Counted from the stretch's first letter, positions 38,190 to 51,969 are shown. The stretch: DNA of 64,000 nt from Azolla caroliniana (GCA_043228905.1 JBHGNT010000001.1:8866001-8930000); one strand, 5' to 3'. Notes: generated by a model not told the origin, from the sequence alone. Numbers and translations: made by a program.

Positions 38190-39902
38190 GATTAATGAAG
38201 AAACATATGCATGTGGTACTTTCCTTATCTCGGTCCTCTCCTTCTCCCCTTTTGGGCATTGCTTGGCATTAAACTTGTAGTTTGTCGGCAACACAGAATC
38301 GACTGGATTTGCTTCTGACTTGTTGAATCTTTCCAAGATCTTTGTCACATATTTTCCTTGTGAGAACCATATCGCTTTCTTAGTTCTGTCCCGAACTATG
38401 TGCGTACCCAAGATCTATTTGGCCGGTCCAAGATCTTTCATGGAAAACGATTTTCCTAGGGCTTCCTTTAAGCTCACGATCTTCTTTGTCCTATCTTACT
38501 ATTAACATGTCATATACGTATAATAGGAGAATCAAGAAGTCACCTTCATGATACCTTTTTACAAACACACAGTGATATGCTTGTGTTTTATGGAACCCAT
38601 GTTCCAGCATGAAGGATTCGAACTTCTTGTATCATTGGCGTGGAGCTTGCTTCAGACCATACAAGCTTTTCTTCAGTCGACAAACCAGGTTCTCTTTTCC
38701 CTTCTCCACAAAGCCTTCGGGTTGATGCATATAGATCTCTTCGTCTAAGTCCCCATGCAAGAATGTTGTCTTGACATCCAACTGTTCAATCTCCAAATCC
38801 ATACTGGCAACTCTGCTCAGAACAATTCGAATGGATGTCATCTTCACAACTGGTACGCACATTTCATCAAAGTCGACACCCTTTTCTATTGAAATCCCTT
38901 CACTACAATGCGGTCTTTATATTTGGGTGTGATGTCAACTTCTGCAGTCTTCACCTTGTAGAACCATTTGTTTCAAAGTGCTCTCTTCCCTCTTGGCAGC
39001 TCAACCAAGTCATAGGTGTAATTTTCATGCAAGGAGTGCCTTGCACTCAGTCATTTCTCTTTGTGTTCATCGGCTATGACTTCATCATAGCATTCCGGCT
39101 CACCTTCATCAATCAAGAGAATGTATTGACTGGTGTATCATGTGGGTGCTCTCCTTTCTCTGAGTGGATATCTCCTGCCTTCCATCATTGGCTCATGTTC
39201 GAATGCCTCTGTCAACTCCTCATTCGGCTCAGGTTCATGCATGTCGGTTGGTTGTTGAAGTTTTACTAAGTCCAACTCATATGTCTCAACTGACTCCTGT
39301 AGCTCTGTCGACTCCACTCATATGTATTAGTCGGTTGCTCCTAGTCCACAATCTTGGATTTGGCTGTTCCAACTAGTCTTCTGATAGTCGATTGTGTCAT
39401 GTCGACTAATCCTATACTCGGAGTCGACCGAGAAGAAAACCTTGATTGTTGTTGTTTCCAGTCTTCGATTGTCTTGCCTTCCATAAACACTATGTCTTGA
39501 CTCCTCACAACCTTCTTATCGAGAAGGTCCCACGGCCTGTAGCCGAATTCATCCTCCGAGTACCCTAGGAATATGCATGGTTTCGACTTGTTGTTGAGCT
39601 TCGACCTTTAATCCTTAGCTACATGCATATATACCAAGCATCCAAACACCCTTAAATGTTGGTAAGAGACATCTTTACTTGTCCACACCCTCTATGGGAA
39701 ATCACCTTTCAGAGGCACTAAGGGAGACCTGTTGATCAGATAAGCGGTCGTGTACATCGCCTCAGCCCAATATGATTTTGGCAGCTTTCCATGCGACAAC
39801 AGGCTCCTCACTCTTTCCATGATCGTTGATTCGTCCTCTCTGCAAGTCCATTCAACTCAAGAGTCTTAGGCATTGTATACTCGAGTTGAATACCTTGGGA
39901 CT
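38190..39902 (-). mobile_element. Decayed Ty1/copia internal fragment (integrase to RT), related to 44700-47650
   Basis: PVVKMTSIRIVLS, QLDVKTTFLHGDLDEEIYMHQPEGF, CRLKKSLYGLKQAPRQ. Integrase-region DNA at ~39500-39900. No LTRs attached. Confidence 0.85.
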
Positions 39903-39904
39903 AT

Positions 39905-42381
39905 CCTGAAAAAATAATCTCAAAGGGAAAAATAAGGAAGATGTTGAGAAATATATTGTATCAATGGTTGATATGGTCATGGATGAGGGAACATCTCATG
40001 GGTTAGAGCGATATCCTAAAGTTCATAATCATGTTAGAGGTGTTGGGGAGGAGAATGGAGTATGCATTAATGATGACCTAGATGTTGAAGATGGAGAGTG
40101 GCATCAAGTGAAGCATAAATAAAAGGGAAGGGTGTTGCCATACAAAGGGACACAAAAAATACAAATGGTAAGGCATTACCAAAAGATAATTTGAGATTGA
40201 ATGAGGGGTTTAAGAAAAATCCTTGGCAGAAACAAGTGCGAAATCAAAGATTACCAACCAATTAAAATTCGATTCTTCAGGAAAGGTGGTACGACCTCAA
40301 TTAAATCAAGGACTTCGTTCTCGTGGAGCTAGACAACAAAACCCTAATATTGTTGGAGGGGATGTAGTATACATGAATCCTTATGCAGCTCTTGAACAAG
40401 TAGTTAGTACATTCATGAATACACTTGCTCATAAAGAGCAAGTTCTTACTAAAGATGTTAAATGAAAGTGGTATCATGGAATGTGAGAGGGGTATCTTCT
40501 CCGCATAAGAAATATATATTATGGAAAACTTTATTTGAAAAAGAGTGGGATGTTTTATGTGCAGTTGAACATAAGTGTCATGATTTAGCAAGATCTATGT
40601 TACATTTGCATGGATATTGCGCATATTATGCAGGACTATTATCACATCATTACTCAAGGGTTGTCGTAATTATTTGTGATTTTTTTTATCCACATATAGT
40701 CTATAATGATCCATATGGACATTTTTTGGTGATGGAAGTAAAGTATTTTGAGGATTTGATATGGTTAGTAGGAATCTATGCACCCAATAATGCTAATCAA
40801 TGCATTGAGTTATGCTCTTCAATGTATCCACGATCATTAGTGGGCCGTGTTGGTTTGTTAATGGGTGATTTTAATATGTGTGTTGATGCTTCACAATCTA
40901 CTTCACGATTCTCATTGATGGATTCTCCTGAGCAAGCAGTTTGGGACAAATTGGCATCAGAGGTTTTGAAGTTGGATGTATGGAAATGGTTGCATCAAGA
41001 TGAGGTTGGGTTTACATTTTAGTCTATGCAACATAAGGAAACACTGAGTAGGTTAGATAGAAAGTATGTTATGCATGATGAGTCCTTTTTGCCAGAGATG
41101 CTTAATATGTCAATTATGCAAGAGGTTGTGACATCGGATCATTTTCCCATATGTTTTAAGTTCAATAAACATGAGGTAGATATGTACAGAACATTGCTTG
41201 ATCGAGTTCCTTTGAGGTTTAATTCGTCTTTATTATTACATTCCTTATTTGATGCCTATATGCAACAAATTTTTGGCATGTTTTCAGAACAAGTTATTTC
41301 AAAAGGATGGCATGCATGGGACACAACACTACAAAACATTAATGATATTCACCATCAGTTTTCATATATTCTTACGCGATGCAATGTACTATTGATGAAT
41401 AATCTGCATGATGAAGAGCTTTTGGATGTTCAAGTTCAAGTACAGGACATTGTGAAGAATTTGTCTTGTCAAAGTTATCAACAGACAAGACTACGTCAAT
41501 AAAAGGAGGGATTTATAGAATCTCAATCACAATCTCATATGTTTTTTCAAGGATTAAGACCACCATATGCTTGTTCAAATGTGGTACAAATTAAGATAGG
41601 GGATGACATTGTTGTAGACCCAATCAAGGTTATTGAGTTATGTATTACTCATTTTAAGAATTTGATTGGGCCAAAGTTAATTATTAATGAGGATTGTGTT
41701 GAAAGCACGACAAGAGTTTTATAATGTAATTGGGAGTGTCATGAATATAAATATTTGTCAAGAATTGGATATTGATTTTGAAGAAGCTGAGGTGAAAAAG
41801 GTATTGTTACACCTTCCAAATGGTAAAAGCCCTGGTTGGGATGGTGTTACAAATGAAGTTTTTAAGAAGTATGTTGGCATGTTTAAGAGTCCATTCACAC
41901 AAATGGTTCAACAATGTTGGGATTATGGTTTCATTCCTGAGAGCTAGAAGGTGGGCTTAATCAAATTGATACCAAAGGTACCATCTCCGGAGTCATTTCA
42001 TCAATGGAGGCCTATTTCATCGATGGGAGGGTTATACAAGGTGTTTGCAAAGATATTATCCAACAGACTTTAGAAGTTCTTACCTCAACTTATTCATCCA
42101 TCTTAATATGGTTTTATTATAGGTAGAAATATATTGCATAATGTTTTGAATGTTCAAATGGCTACCGATTATGCTCAACATACACATCAAGAAATGATTA
42201 TGGTGCAATTAGATTTGGATCATGTTAATTGGTCTAATATGGGGTTTGGTCCTCGTATGTGTCGACTTATCTTTTTGCTAGGGCAAAATGCAACCTCACG
42301 TGTGATGTTGGCGGAGTTACTCCGAAAGTGTTTCTTACTAGATCCCTGCGGCAAGGATGTCCACTAAGCCCATTGTTACGT
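39905..42381 (+). mobile_element. Decayed LINE, family B copy 2 (ORF1 tail, endonuclease, RT N-half), cut off by an LTR element
   Basis: MKVVSWNVRG, GIYAPN, MGDFN, SRLDR, SDHFPI (APE); KSPGWDG, RSLRQGCPLSPLL (RT). Confidence 0.88.
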
Positions 42382-44358
42382 TGTCACGTTGTTACGCGTG
42401 TGCGTGTAGAAGGGGCGGGACCACGGGGGTCTTGGACTAGGGAGTAGAGGAGAAAGAATAAGACAATAACATAGAATAGACGGGGCAAGATGCTCAACAA
42501 GTTAGCGTAAGGAAACATAAACGCTTTACAATGGTGGCTGCCATGGCCGCACCAAACGACTATGAGAAAAACCCTAAAGGAAAAACCAAGAAGAAAACCC
42601 TAACCGAAACCCTAAAACCGAATAGGAAACCCTCGACCTAAGTGGTATGCCTCTCTCCCTCAAAATAGGCAACCCCCTCATAAGTGACCCCTCCCTTCCC
42701 TTTATAGCCCAAGGAGGGAGGGACCTTACAATGTGGGATAAAATTTCCCCTCTTATTTCTATACACCATTTCCTAGTATACACGTGCACATGGTGCACAC
42801 CACCAATTTGTCTATTCCACCCCGTTTCCGCCTATGGACGAAAATCTTCACGACATCCGCCCCCACCAAACCGCACATCCACTGGTATGTGCCAAGAAAG
42901 GAGAAGAGGTGAGATTTTTCGGCCATGGTGATAAACCGTGGTCCGTCGTGTCCTCGTTGGCCTTGCTCGGGTTCGTTTTCCATTTTGAGCACGCCCGTCC
43001 CTTCCACACGAACCGTCGTAGCATCCCGTTCCATCGTATCCGTCGCACGTCCTCGAGCCGACGGCTCCAACCGATCCACCACGTCCACCGTGGGTCCCCG
43101 AAACATCAACTCCATCCGAACCGCCATATCCACCGCACACGCCTTCCTCCTCGGTCAGTCCTCCCGAACGCCATTGCCGATCCAGTCACTCTTTCTTTGT
43201 CCGCCACGTAGGTCCTCCGATTAGGCCCTTGGTCACCCCGTTTGCTCGCCGGATTCCGCCCCTCACGTACCGCTTGTGTTCTATCTCCGGCTCGATCCTC
43301 TCTTCGTCTCGAACACCTCGTGCCGATTCCCTCCGTTCCGTGCTCACCTTCCATAGCCTCTTTCTGTGTGCCCTTGTTGTCTCCCGAACATGCGCTCGTT
43401 CTTCGGTCCCTCGGCGACTTCATTACGCACTCCTCGCTTCTCCTTTGCTCGCCGTGCTCTCTCGTCGTAGAGCGTACCGTCATCCCGACCACCATGTCAG
43501 TGTCCTTCACGACTCCCGTTACCGCTTCATCCCGACTCTCGTCCTCTTGGCCCGCTTGGGACACCGCGCTTCCTCTTCCTGGCGCGTAGCCCGTTGCTCT
43601 CCACACACCTCCTCCGATTCTCAAGACATAGCCTTCCATGCTCGCCGATCATCCGCCGATACCGGCACCTCACCGCTCTGTCTCTCGCCGCGTGCATTCC
43701 TCGCAAAGGCTCGACCGGTCCGCCGTTGCCGATCACTCGTTGCCGCTCTTCCGGCTGCATGCTTGCTTCTTGGCCCTTCGCCGGCCGTAGTGCATGCTCC
43801 GTTTTACGCGCCTCGACCGTCGTAGACCCTACCTCTGCGTCTGTCTCTTCGTCCGTCGTTGCGTTAGCCCCTTCCGACTCCGGCTTGCTGTCTTGGCCGT
43901 GCTCGTCTGTCTTCGCGCACCGGGTACCCGTTCTGGTAGCCTCGTCCGTTCCGGTCTCCGACTCCTCGCCGCCACCCGTCGTCTCTCCGGTCTTATGTTG
44001 ATCCACAACCGCCGAAGTCTCAAGGATAGATGTGGAGGGCTCCTCTCGCTCTTGGCCTCCCACCGAGTCGTACTCCTCGCGCATGCTTGGCCTCCTTCTC
44101 GCGCTCACCGGCTCCCACTGGGTGTTGTGGCTCGTTTGCCTCGACCTCCAATCATGCCGACTTAGCCTTCGCCCGGATCGGTCTCGGCCGATCGAGTTCC
44201 GGTTTGGTCGGCTCCCTTCCGTAATCGTGACCGGCCGGTACATGTTTGCCCGAACAAATCCGGCCTTGCTGGCCCTTCTCCGGTTCGGGCCTGGTTGACC
44301 GGACCCCGCTCCAGTCTTCTTCCGCGTCCTCTTCCAATCGTGTCGGATTATCAACTAG
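42382..44358 (-). mobile_element. 3' LTR (42855-42382), PPT and GC-rich 3' internal region of an LTR retrotransposon
   Basis: The minus-strand LTR begins TGTCGTGAAGATTT (42855) and ends CGTGACA (42382). TATA (GGGCTATAAAGGG) at ~42700. PPT-like GGTGGGGGCGGA at 42867-42856. Flanked by ACGT at 42378-42381. No pol motifs in the retained internal part. Confidence 0.75.
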
Positions 44359-44685
44359 TGTCGCGAAGAAAACCGTCCCTAGGCAGAAACCAAGTTCCGC
44401 ATTTGTAAATCAGACCTTGCACGCGAGCACACTTTTCGTTGTGTGGTAAGTAGGTAGGTACAAGTCGGATGAGATGGAATCCTAAGTAGCGCGCATTTAA
44501 TAGGGAGAGAATCGAGTTGTATCTCTGTCTGAAAGGACAGAGAATTAATATGATGTAACGGATGATAACGGTCTCCCCTCCTTGGGCTATAAAAGGGAGG
44601 GAGAGGAAGAGAGAGGTATTGCGCGTTAGAGATGACGAAGTATTGCCGGACTGCGACCGACCTCTTCTCCTCTGCCACTCCCCAT
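44359..44685 (+). mobile_element. Truncated LTR of the same family as 34665-35283
   Basis: TGTCGCGAAGAAAACCGTCCCTAGG start. Shares GTATCTCTGTC.GA.AGGACAGAGAAT and CTATAAAAGGGAGGG with the 34665 LTR. Broken off into copia sequence. Confidence 0.75.
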
Positions 44686-44699
44686 AGCCATTTTGCGCA

Positions 44700-47600
44700 G
44701 GTTTCGGGAGGCTGACTCTGCTCCGTGGAACGTCTAAACTTGATATCAGCCGAACGGCTAGATGATGAAGGCTACACGGGTAGCATCCGGAATGGTGTTA
44801 TGAAGTTCAGCAAAGGGAGCCTGATTGTGGCTCGGGCCCGGAAGGTTAACACGTTGTACCTGATGAATGCCCGGTTATGTCCGGAAGAAGTGAACGTGGC
44901 ATCCGGCACTGCCGGTGAGCTGTGGCACAAGAGGCTGTGTCACATGAGCGAGAAGGGGATGAAGAGGCTTGCAGAAGACAACCTCATTCCAGTGAAGAAC
45001 GTGCACTTGGAGAAGTGCACTGATTGTCTAGCCGGTAAACAAAACCGGACCTCCTTCCGATCGAGACCACCAATGAGACAAAATGCACCACTGGAGTTGG
45101 TGCATACTGATGTATGTCAAGTGGACACGAAGTCACATGCTGGATCGCAGTACTTCGTGACGTTCATAGATGACCACAGGCGGAAGTTGTGGGCCACACC
45201 GTTGAAGACGAAGGATCAGGTGTTATCCGTCTTCAAAGAGCTCCACACGAGAGTGGAAAGAGAAACTAGCCGAAAGCTGAAGGCGGTTCGAGCAGATAAC
45301 GGAGGTGAATACCGGGGGCAGTTTGAGGAGTACTGTCGCTCGAAGGGAATCCGCCTCGAATTTACCGTGCCGAAGACGCCGGAACTAAACAGGCTGGCCG
45401 AGAGGATGAACCGGACCATAATGGAGAGGGTCCGGAGTATGCTAGCGCATGCAAAATTACCCAAGACGTTTTGGGCTGAGGTGCTGTCGACAGCGACATA
45501 TGTGATAAACAGATCACCCTCAGTGCCCTTGGATGGAGACACACCGCAGAAGGTGTGGACCAGTAAGGAAGTGTCCTACCGGCATCTGAAGGTGTTCGGG
45601 TATCTCGCGTACGTGCATGTTGCTAAGGACCGAAGAGGAAAGTTGGATCCAAAGACCCGGCCATGCATATTCCTCGGATACGGCGATGATGAGTTCGGCT
45701 ACCGAGTGTGGGATCCGGTTGACAAGAAGGCTTTCCAGAGTCGAGATATTATCTTCATGGAGGACAAGACCCTTGCCGACTGGGAGTCGGAGAAGAAGAT
45801 AATGAACTCCGATGAGATTCGGACACACCCGGCTAAGAGCCGGTTGACACTCGAGGAACCAACCAGTTGCGGTGAGAATACCGAACCGACAGAAGAAGAA
45901 GTAGAGGAAGCTGAAATCGGAACCGGCCAAGACCCCGAATCGGATTCGGATGAAGAACAAATAGTGGAGCCGGTTGCCGAAGGCCAAAGACGGAGATATC
46001 CTCTCAGAGAGAGAAGGGCCCCCCAGAGATTTCCAGATGCAGAGCATGTGCTGCTGACCGATGAGGGAGAGCCGGAAAGCTTCGAAGAAGCGAAGGATGA
46101 CACCCACAACCGCAAATGGTTAAGTGCCATGCAGGATGAGATGGATTCCCTGCATGAGAACCATACATACGAATTGGTGGAGTTGCCGAAAGGAAAGCGG
46201 GCACTCCGAAACAAGTGGGTGTACAAGTTGAAACCGGGAGATGCCTGCAACCCCCCAAGATATAAAGCCAGGATCGTGGTGAAGGGGTTCCAGCAGAAGA
46301 AGGGCGTGGACTTCGACGAGATATTTGCCCCGGTAGTAAAGATGACCTCCATCCGGACGGTGCTGAGTATAGCGGCAAGCATGGACCTCGAGGTACAGTA
46401 GCTAGACATGAAGACGACATTCCTTCACGGTGACCTCTAAGAGGAGATCTACGTGCAGCAACCGGAAGGATTCGTGGAGAAACGGAAGGAGCACCTGGTT
46501 TGCCGGTTGAAGAAGAGCCTATACGGACTGAAGCGGGCACCCCGACAATGGTACCGGAAATTCGACTCCTTCATGACCGATCAAGGGTACCACAAGACGC
46601 AGGCCGATCACTACGTGTTTGTGAAGAAGTTTGAAGGAGGCGACTTCCTGATACTCCTTCTGTACGTGGACGACATGTTGATCGTCAGACGGGACCAAGC
46701 CAAAATACGGATGCTGAAGAAGGCTCTCAATCGAACCTTCGCAATGAAAGACTTGGGTCCGACAAGACAGATGTTAGGGATGCATATCATCCGGAACCGG
46801 CCAACGAAGCAATTGTGGCTATCACAGGAGAAATATGTGACGAAGGTGCTTCAGCGGTTCAACATGTTAGAAGCGAAACCAGTCGGATCAACACTCCCGG
46901 CAAACTGCAAATTATCCGGTAAGCAAAGCCCGAAGACGAAAGCAGAGAAGGCTGATATGATGAAGGTTCCATATGCCTCTGTTGTCAGGAGCTTAATGTA
47001 CGCAATGGTGTATACCCGACCGGATATAGGATACGCAGTCGGAGTGGTGAGCCGGTTTATGAGCAATCCCAACAAGGAGCTCTGGAACACGGTCAAATGG
47101 ATACTCCGGTACTTGAAGGGCACTTCAAACATGTGTCTCTGATTCGGCCCCGGCAAACCTCAACTTGACAGTTTTACCGATTCGGACATGTTGGCTGATG
47201 TGGATACCAGCCGGTCTACATCCGGGTATGTCATGACATATGCAGGAGGAGTTGTTTCGTGGCAATCGAGGCTGTAGAAGACAATTGCGTTGTCAACCAC
47301 GGAAGCGGAGTACATGGCGGCTATGGAAGCCGGCAAGGAAATACTATGGATGAAGGACTTCATCGGAGAACTCGGTATCCGGCAAGATGAATATCGGCTC
47401 TATTGCGACAATCAAAGTGCCATCCACCTTGCTAAGAACGCAACGTACCACTACAGGACAAAGCACATCCAGCGTAGGTATCACTGGATCCGGGAGTGAG
47501 TAGAAGACCGAGAGTTTGCGCTGATGAAGATCCACACGGCCGAGAACGGGTCAGATATGCTGACCAAAGTACTGATACCTGACAAGCTGGATGCATGTCG

Positions 47601-48210
47601 AAAGTGGATCGGACTAGTAAGACATCCCATGCCGGAGTGAAGGGGGAGTTTGTTAGGAAACAGGTCCCTCCGGATGGGAAGTGAAAAGATACGAATGTTG
47701 AGTACCCGGCTACGAAAGACCCGGTGAGAACCGGATGATGAGTACCCGGCAACGGAAGACCCGGTGAGAACCGGATGATGCATGCCCGGTGAGGAGTGCC
47801 CACCGGATGAAGGGACATATTCGTAAATATGTTTCTGAGAGTCCATCGGGGCTATATTTGTAAATAGCCGAAAAGTCATATTAGTATAAATATGACTTAG
47901 GGCAAACTGAGTACTGTGGTTGTCATTCTTGTTGGTGCAAGATTAGAGCGCGTAACTGTGTACAGAGAGAGTGAGAGAGAGGAAGAGGTCATTGCCTCTG
48001 TTGTAACCGTCGCCTATAGCGAAGATAGCAAGCTCGAGGTCGTTGCTTCGGTGCTTTACTATTGTACATTCTAATATAGTGATAGTTTGCAGTCTGTGGG
48101 TTGTCGTGGTTTTTCCCTAGTTTGGGTTTTCCACGTTAACATCCTGTGTACTCTTCTCTTCACTGTGTCGTGCATTCATTACCCGTTTTTCTGTGATTTA
48201 TCCTAGGCTC
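44700..48210 (+). mobile_element. Ty1/copia element 1 (Tnt1-like): GAG-pre-integrase, integrase, RT, RNase H, PPT and partial 3' LTR; 5' part missing
   Basis: LWHKRLCH..CTDCLAGK, LELVHTD, RADNGGEY, AERMNRT (IN); YKARIVVKGF, LLLYVDDML (RT); LYCDNQSAIHLAKN..TKHI (RH). PPT GAAGGGGGAG then LTR from 47651 with internal ~40-bp tandem repeats. A few in-frame stops. Confidence 0.93.
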
Positions 48211-48212
48211 GG

Positions 48213-51200
48213 TTGTGGCCGAGCGTTGTTCATCGGGAGCGTGTGTTCCTGTCAGATACTTCGTCTCCTTCATTGACGACTATAGTGGGCACACATGGAT
48301 CCACCTCATTGAGCAGAAGAGCGAAGTCTTCGACTGCTTCCGGAACCTCCAAAGCATGGTGGAACGGGAATCAGAGAAGAAGATCAAGTGCCTGTGGTCA
48401 GATGGTGGAAAAGAATATTTTTCCGGCCAATTCAACAGTTATCTGCAGCAAACAGGAATTCGAAGAGAGTTTAGCTGCATATACACACAGAAGCAAAATG
48501 GTGTGGCCGAAAGGAAGAACCGGTCGCTCATCGACGCGGCAAGGGCAATGCTGGAAGAGAAGAGCTTCCCCCATTTCTATTGGGCGGAGGCGGTCTGGAC
48601 GGCCGTCTACATCCAAAACCGGATCGGTGACAAGGTGTCCGCGCATGAGCTATATTTCAGGCGCAAGCCAAATTTGAGACACCTTCGGATTTTCGGCAGC
48701 ATAGCATATGTGCATGTGTCGGATGCGAAGCGGAGGAAGCTGGATGCAAAATCGGAGAAGTGCATCCTCGTCGGCTACTCACATGAGCAAAAGGGGTATA
48801 AATGTTATAACCCCCGGACGAAGCAGGTCTGAGTTAGCCGTGATGTTGAGTTTGATGAGACGGCATCATGGTATGCCTTACCAGCTCCAACTTCTGACCC
48901 CGACCCGATACCAGAGGATGAGGCTAGTGAGCCTAAACCGGTCCAGATAGAAGATGATGAATCCGGGACTCAAGAAGAGAGTCCAGAATCGTTTCGGTTG
49001 AGTGGGCCGAACGAGAGACTGGGTCAATCCGACCAATCGAATGAGGAACCGGCGAGTAATGAAGACTCTGCCATGCTCTCCCCACTCAAGGAACCGAGGA
49101 GACGGTTCACTCGCAAAGAGAAGGGGAAGAAGAAGATGTCGGATTATGAAACCAGTAATGATGAGTCGGATCAGAGCGGATCCGACTCCGGAAAGGAACA
49201 TGACAGTTCTTCGGCACCAAAGACCAAACCGGCCAAGAAGGGCCTCAAACCAGGTAACAGTGGGTTACGTCGGTCAACCCGCCAGAAGGAACCTGTTAAG
49301 TGGTACGGGTACAATGAGTACATGGCGCATCACTATGCGTACATGACCAAGGTGGCGGAACTGCGTGAGCTAGAGAGCTACACAAAAGCGGCAAAGGACG
49401 CACATTGGCGTGCCGCTATGGAAGAAGAGATGCGGGCACTTGATGCCAACGATACATGGAACCTGGTTGACCCTCCCCGTCACAAGAAACCGATCGGATG
49501 CAAGTGGGTGTACAAGGTAAAGTACAACGTCGACGGTTCAGTTAACTGGTACAAGGCCCGGTTAGTGGCGAAGGGATACGCGCAGACCCACGGAATCAAC
49601 TACGACGAGACCTTCGCTCTAGTAGCGAAGATGACGACGGTTCGTGTGGTGCTAGCGGTTGCAGTGGCAAGGGGGTGGCATCTTCACCAGATGGATGTGA
49701 AGAATGCATTTCTTCAAGGAGATCTTGAAGAAGAGGTCTTTATGACACAACCCCCCCAGTTTTCAGTTGGAGATGAACAAGTCGGTTGTATGCCGGTTGA
49801 AGAAGTCACTTTATGGCCTGAAGCAAGCCCCCCAAGCTTGGAATGCGAAGATCACGCACCGGTTGCGTAAGATGGGGTTTGCGGCCTCCAAGTCCGACTC
49901 TTCATTGTTCATCCGGCAAGGTCCGGACAGTCCGGTTTGCATCTTGTTGTATGTTGATGATCTAGTCATCACCGGACCCGGACTCGAGGAAATAAGTCGA
50001 GTCAAGTCCCAGTTGTCGGATGCGTTTGAGATGAAGGACCTGGGGGACCTTCATTATTTTCTTGGGATCGAGGTGATCCGAACCCCCGATGGCATATTGC
50101 TCTCACAAAGACACTATGTGTTGAGTATGCTATACAAGTTCGGCATAACGGAATCCCGACCTGTCTCTACACCCTTGGACCGGAACCAGAAGCTTCGTCC
50201 TGACTCCGGACCACCCTGCGATGAGAAACGGTTCCGACAAATTGTCGGAAGCGTTATATATTTGACCATCACCCGACCCGACATCAACTATCCGATCGGT
50301 GTGATTAGCCAATTCATGCAAAAGCCGACCGTAGTGCATCTTCAGTGCGCGCACCGAATACTGCGGTATGTGAGCGGCACGAAGGACCGGGGACTGTTAT
50401 ATCGGCGAGGTATAACCGAAGAGCTGGTCGGTTACACGGATGCCGACTGGGCCGGCGATGCATCAGATCGCCGATCAACCTCCGGTTACATGTTTTCCCT
50501 AGGTAACGCGGCGATTGCGTGGAGCAGTAAAAAGCAGCCAACAGTTGCTCTGTCGAGCACTGAGGCTGAGTATCGAGGCGCTATCGTTGCCACTTGTGAA
50601 GCCATTTCGCTTCGGCGACTACTGCAAGACCTGTGGATCGAGGTGCCGACCCCAATCCTGATCTACTACGACAACATGAGCAGCATGCAGCTCGCCAAGA
50701 ACCCCGTATTCCATGCTCGCACAAAGCACATAGAAGTGCACAATCACTTTGTGCGTGAGCGGGTCCTAAGCGGTGAAGTAGAACTTCGGTATGTTCACAC
50801 GAATCGGCAAGTTGCCGACATCTTCACCAAACCACTCGGATTGAACAAGTTGCAGCACTTCACCGAAATGCTTGGTGTTCAGCATCTCGACGTGCCACAC
50901 TTGAGGGGGAGAACGGGCAAAGACACCGGAACGGGCAAAGGCAAAGAGACTGCCGATTGCGCCGGTGAGGGAAGAACCGATAAAGGGAGAGACAAGAAGA
51001 AGAAAGGAGTCGAGTCGACAAAGGAAGTTTGACTCAACACATCCGAACAAGTCGGAACAAGCGGCAGCGGCGGCAGAGTCAAGAAGGACAGAGCCGACCG
51101 AAAGAAGAAGGCCAAGACCCGGACATGGTCCGATGTGGTGAAGGGCCTGGAACCAGAAGACGAATTGGGAGCGACCGATTTGGACAAGAGTGGGAATGAA

Positions 51201-51969
51201 TCAAAGACATCTGATTCGGTTCAAGAGTTGGATTCGAAGGAGCCGGATCAACTAAAGGCCGAGCAGACACAGACGCAGTTGAAGTCGATGCCATCGCGAA
51301 GGAACCGACAGATCGGCAAGCGCCGGAGTCGCAGCAGCGAGGGAGCTTAATTGGGCCTGTTGAGCAAACAAGCTGACCGAGGAGGTCGAGGTGCGTAGAA
51401 CAAGAGGGGTCACGGCAAACAGAACCGAACCGGACGAGGAGCGCGAGCAAGGCGGAGTGATGCCAGAAGGAGCCGGGCAGAAGGACCGGTTGCCACAGAC
51501 GTTGACACTACGACCGGACCTCAAGTTGAGCTTGAGGGGGAGCGTTGAGCGGAAAACTCAATTGGAGACGGATCGACTGAATAAGCCTGAGCCGGTGAGC
51601 AAGACGGATCGGTGAGCCGGTGAGCACCCAGTGAGCAAAAGAGTCGGTGAGCAGGGGAGCCGGTTAGCCGGATCCATCAGTAACCGGAAGCCTTGTAGCA
51701 ACTAGACTACTAGGGAGTTAATACTCTTGTAGTTAGTGTCAGACGCTCGAGTGAGCATTGAAGTACATCGTACTTCTGTCAGTCTGTATGGACTTGTATA
51801 AAAGTGTTCGCTGAACACATACGATGTACACAGAGTGTTAATATAACTTTTTGAATAGTGATTCTTTTTTGCTCTCTCTCTCTCTCTTTGTCTCTCCCGC
51901 GTACTATTAAGCTCTCCATTAAACCTGTTTTCTGTTTTCTATTGCTTCCACACGCTATTTGTTTTTACA
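48213..51969 (+). mobile_element. Ty1/copia element 2: integrase, RT, RNase H, 3' extension, PPT and 3' LTR (51543-51969); 5' part missing
   Basis: YFVSFIDDYS, SDGGKEY, QNGVAERKNR (IN); YKARLVAKGY, LHQMDVKNAFLQG, LLYVDDL (RT); GYTDADWAGD, DNMSS..ARTKHIEV (RH). PPT CTTGAGGGGGAG at 51531-51542. The LTR ends TTTTACA. Confidence 0.93.

Noticed and set aside
45216-46540. Long antisense ORFs (195, 236, 178 aa) over copia pol
   Set aside because: Expected shadows of a GC-rich coding strand; no independent motifs.
18144-51969. 18144 LTR and 51543 LTR as the two ends of one giant element
   Set aside because: The 18144 LTR has its own AATTC duplication on both sides and is clearly diverged from the 51543 LTR.
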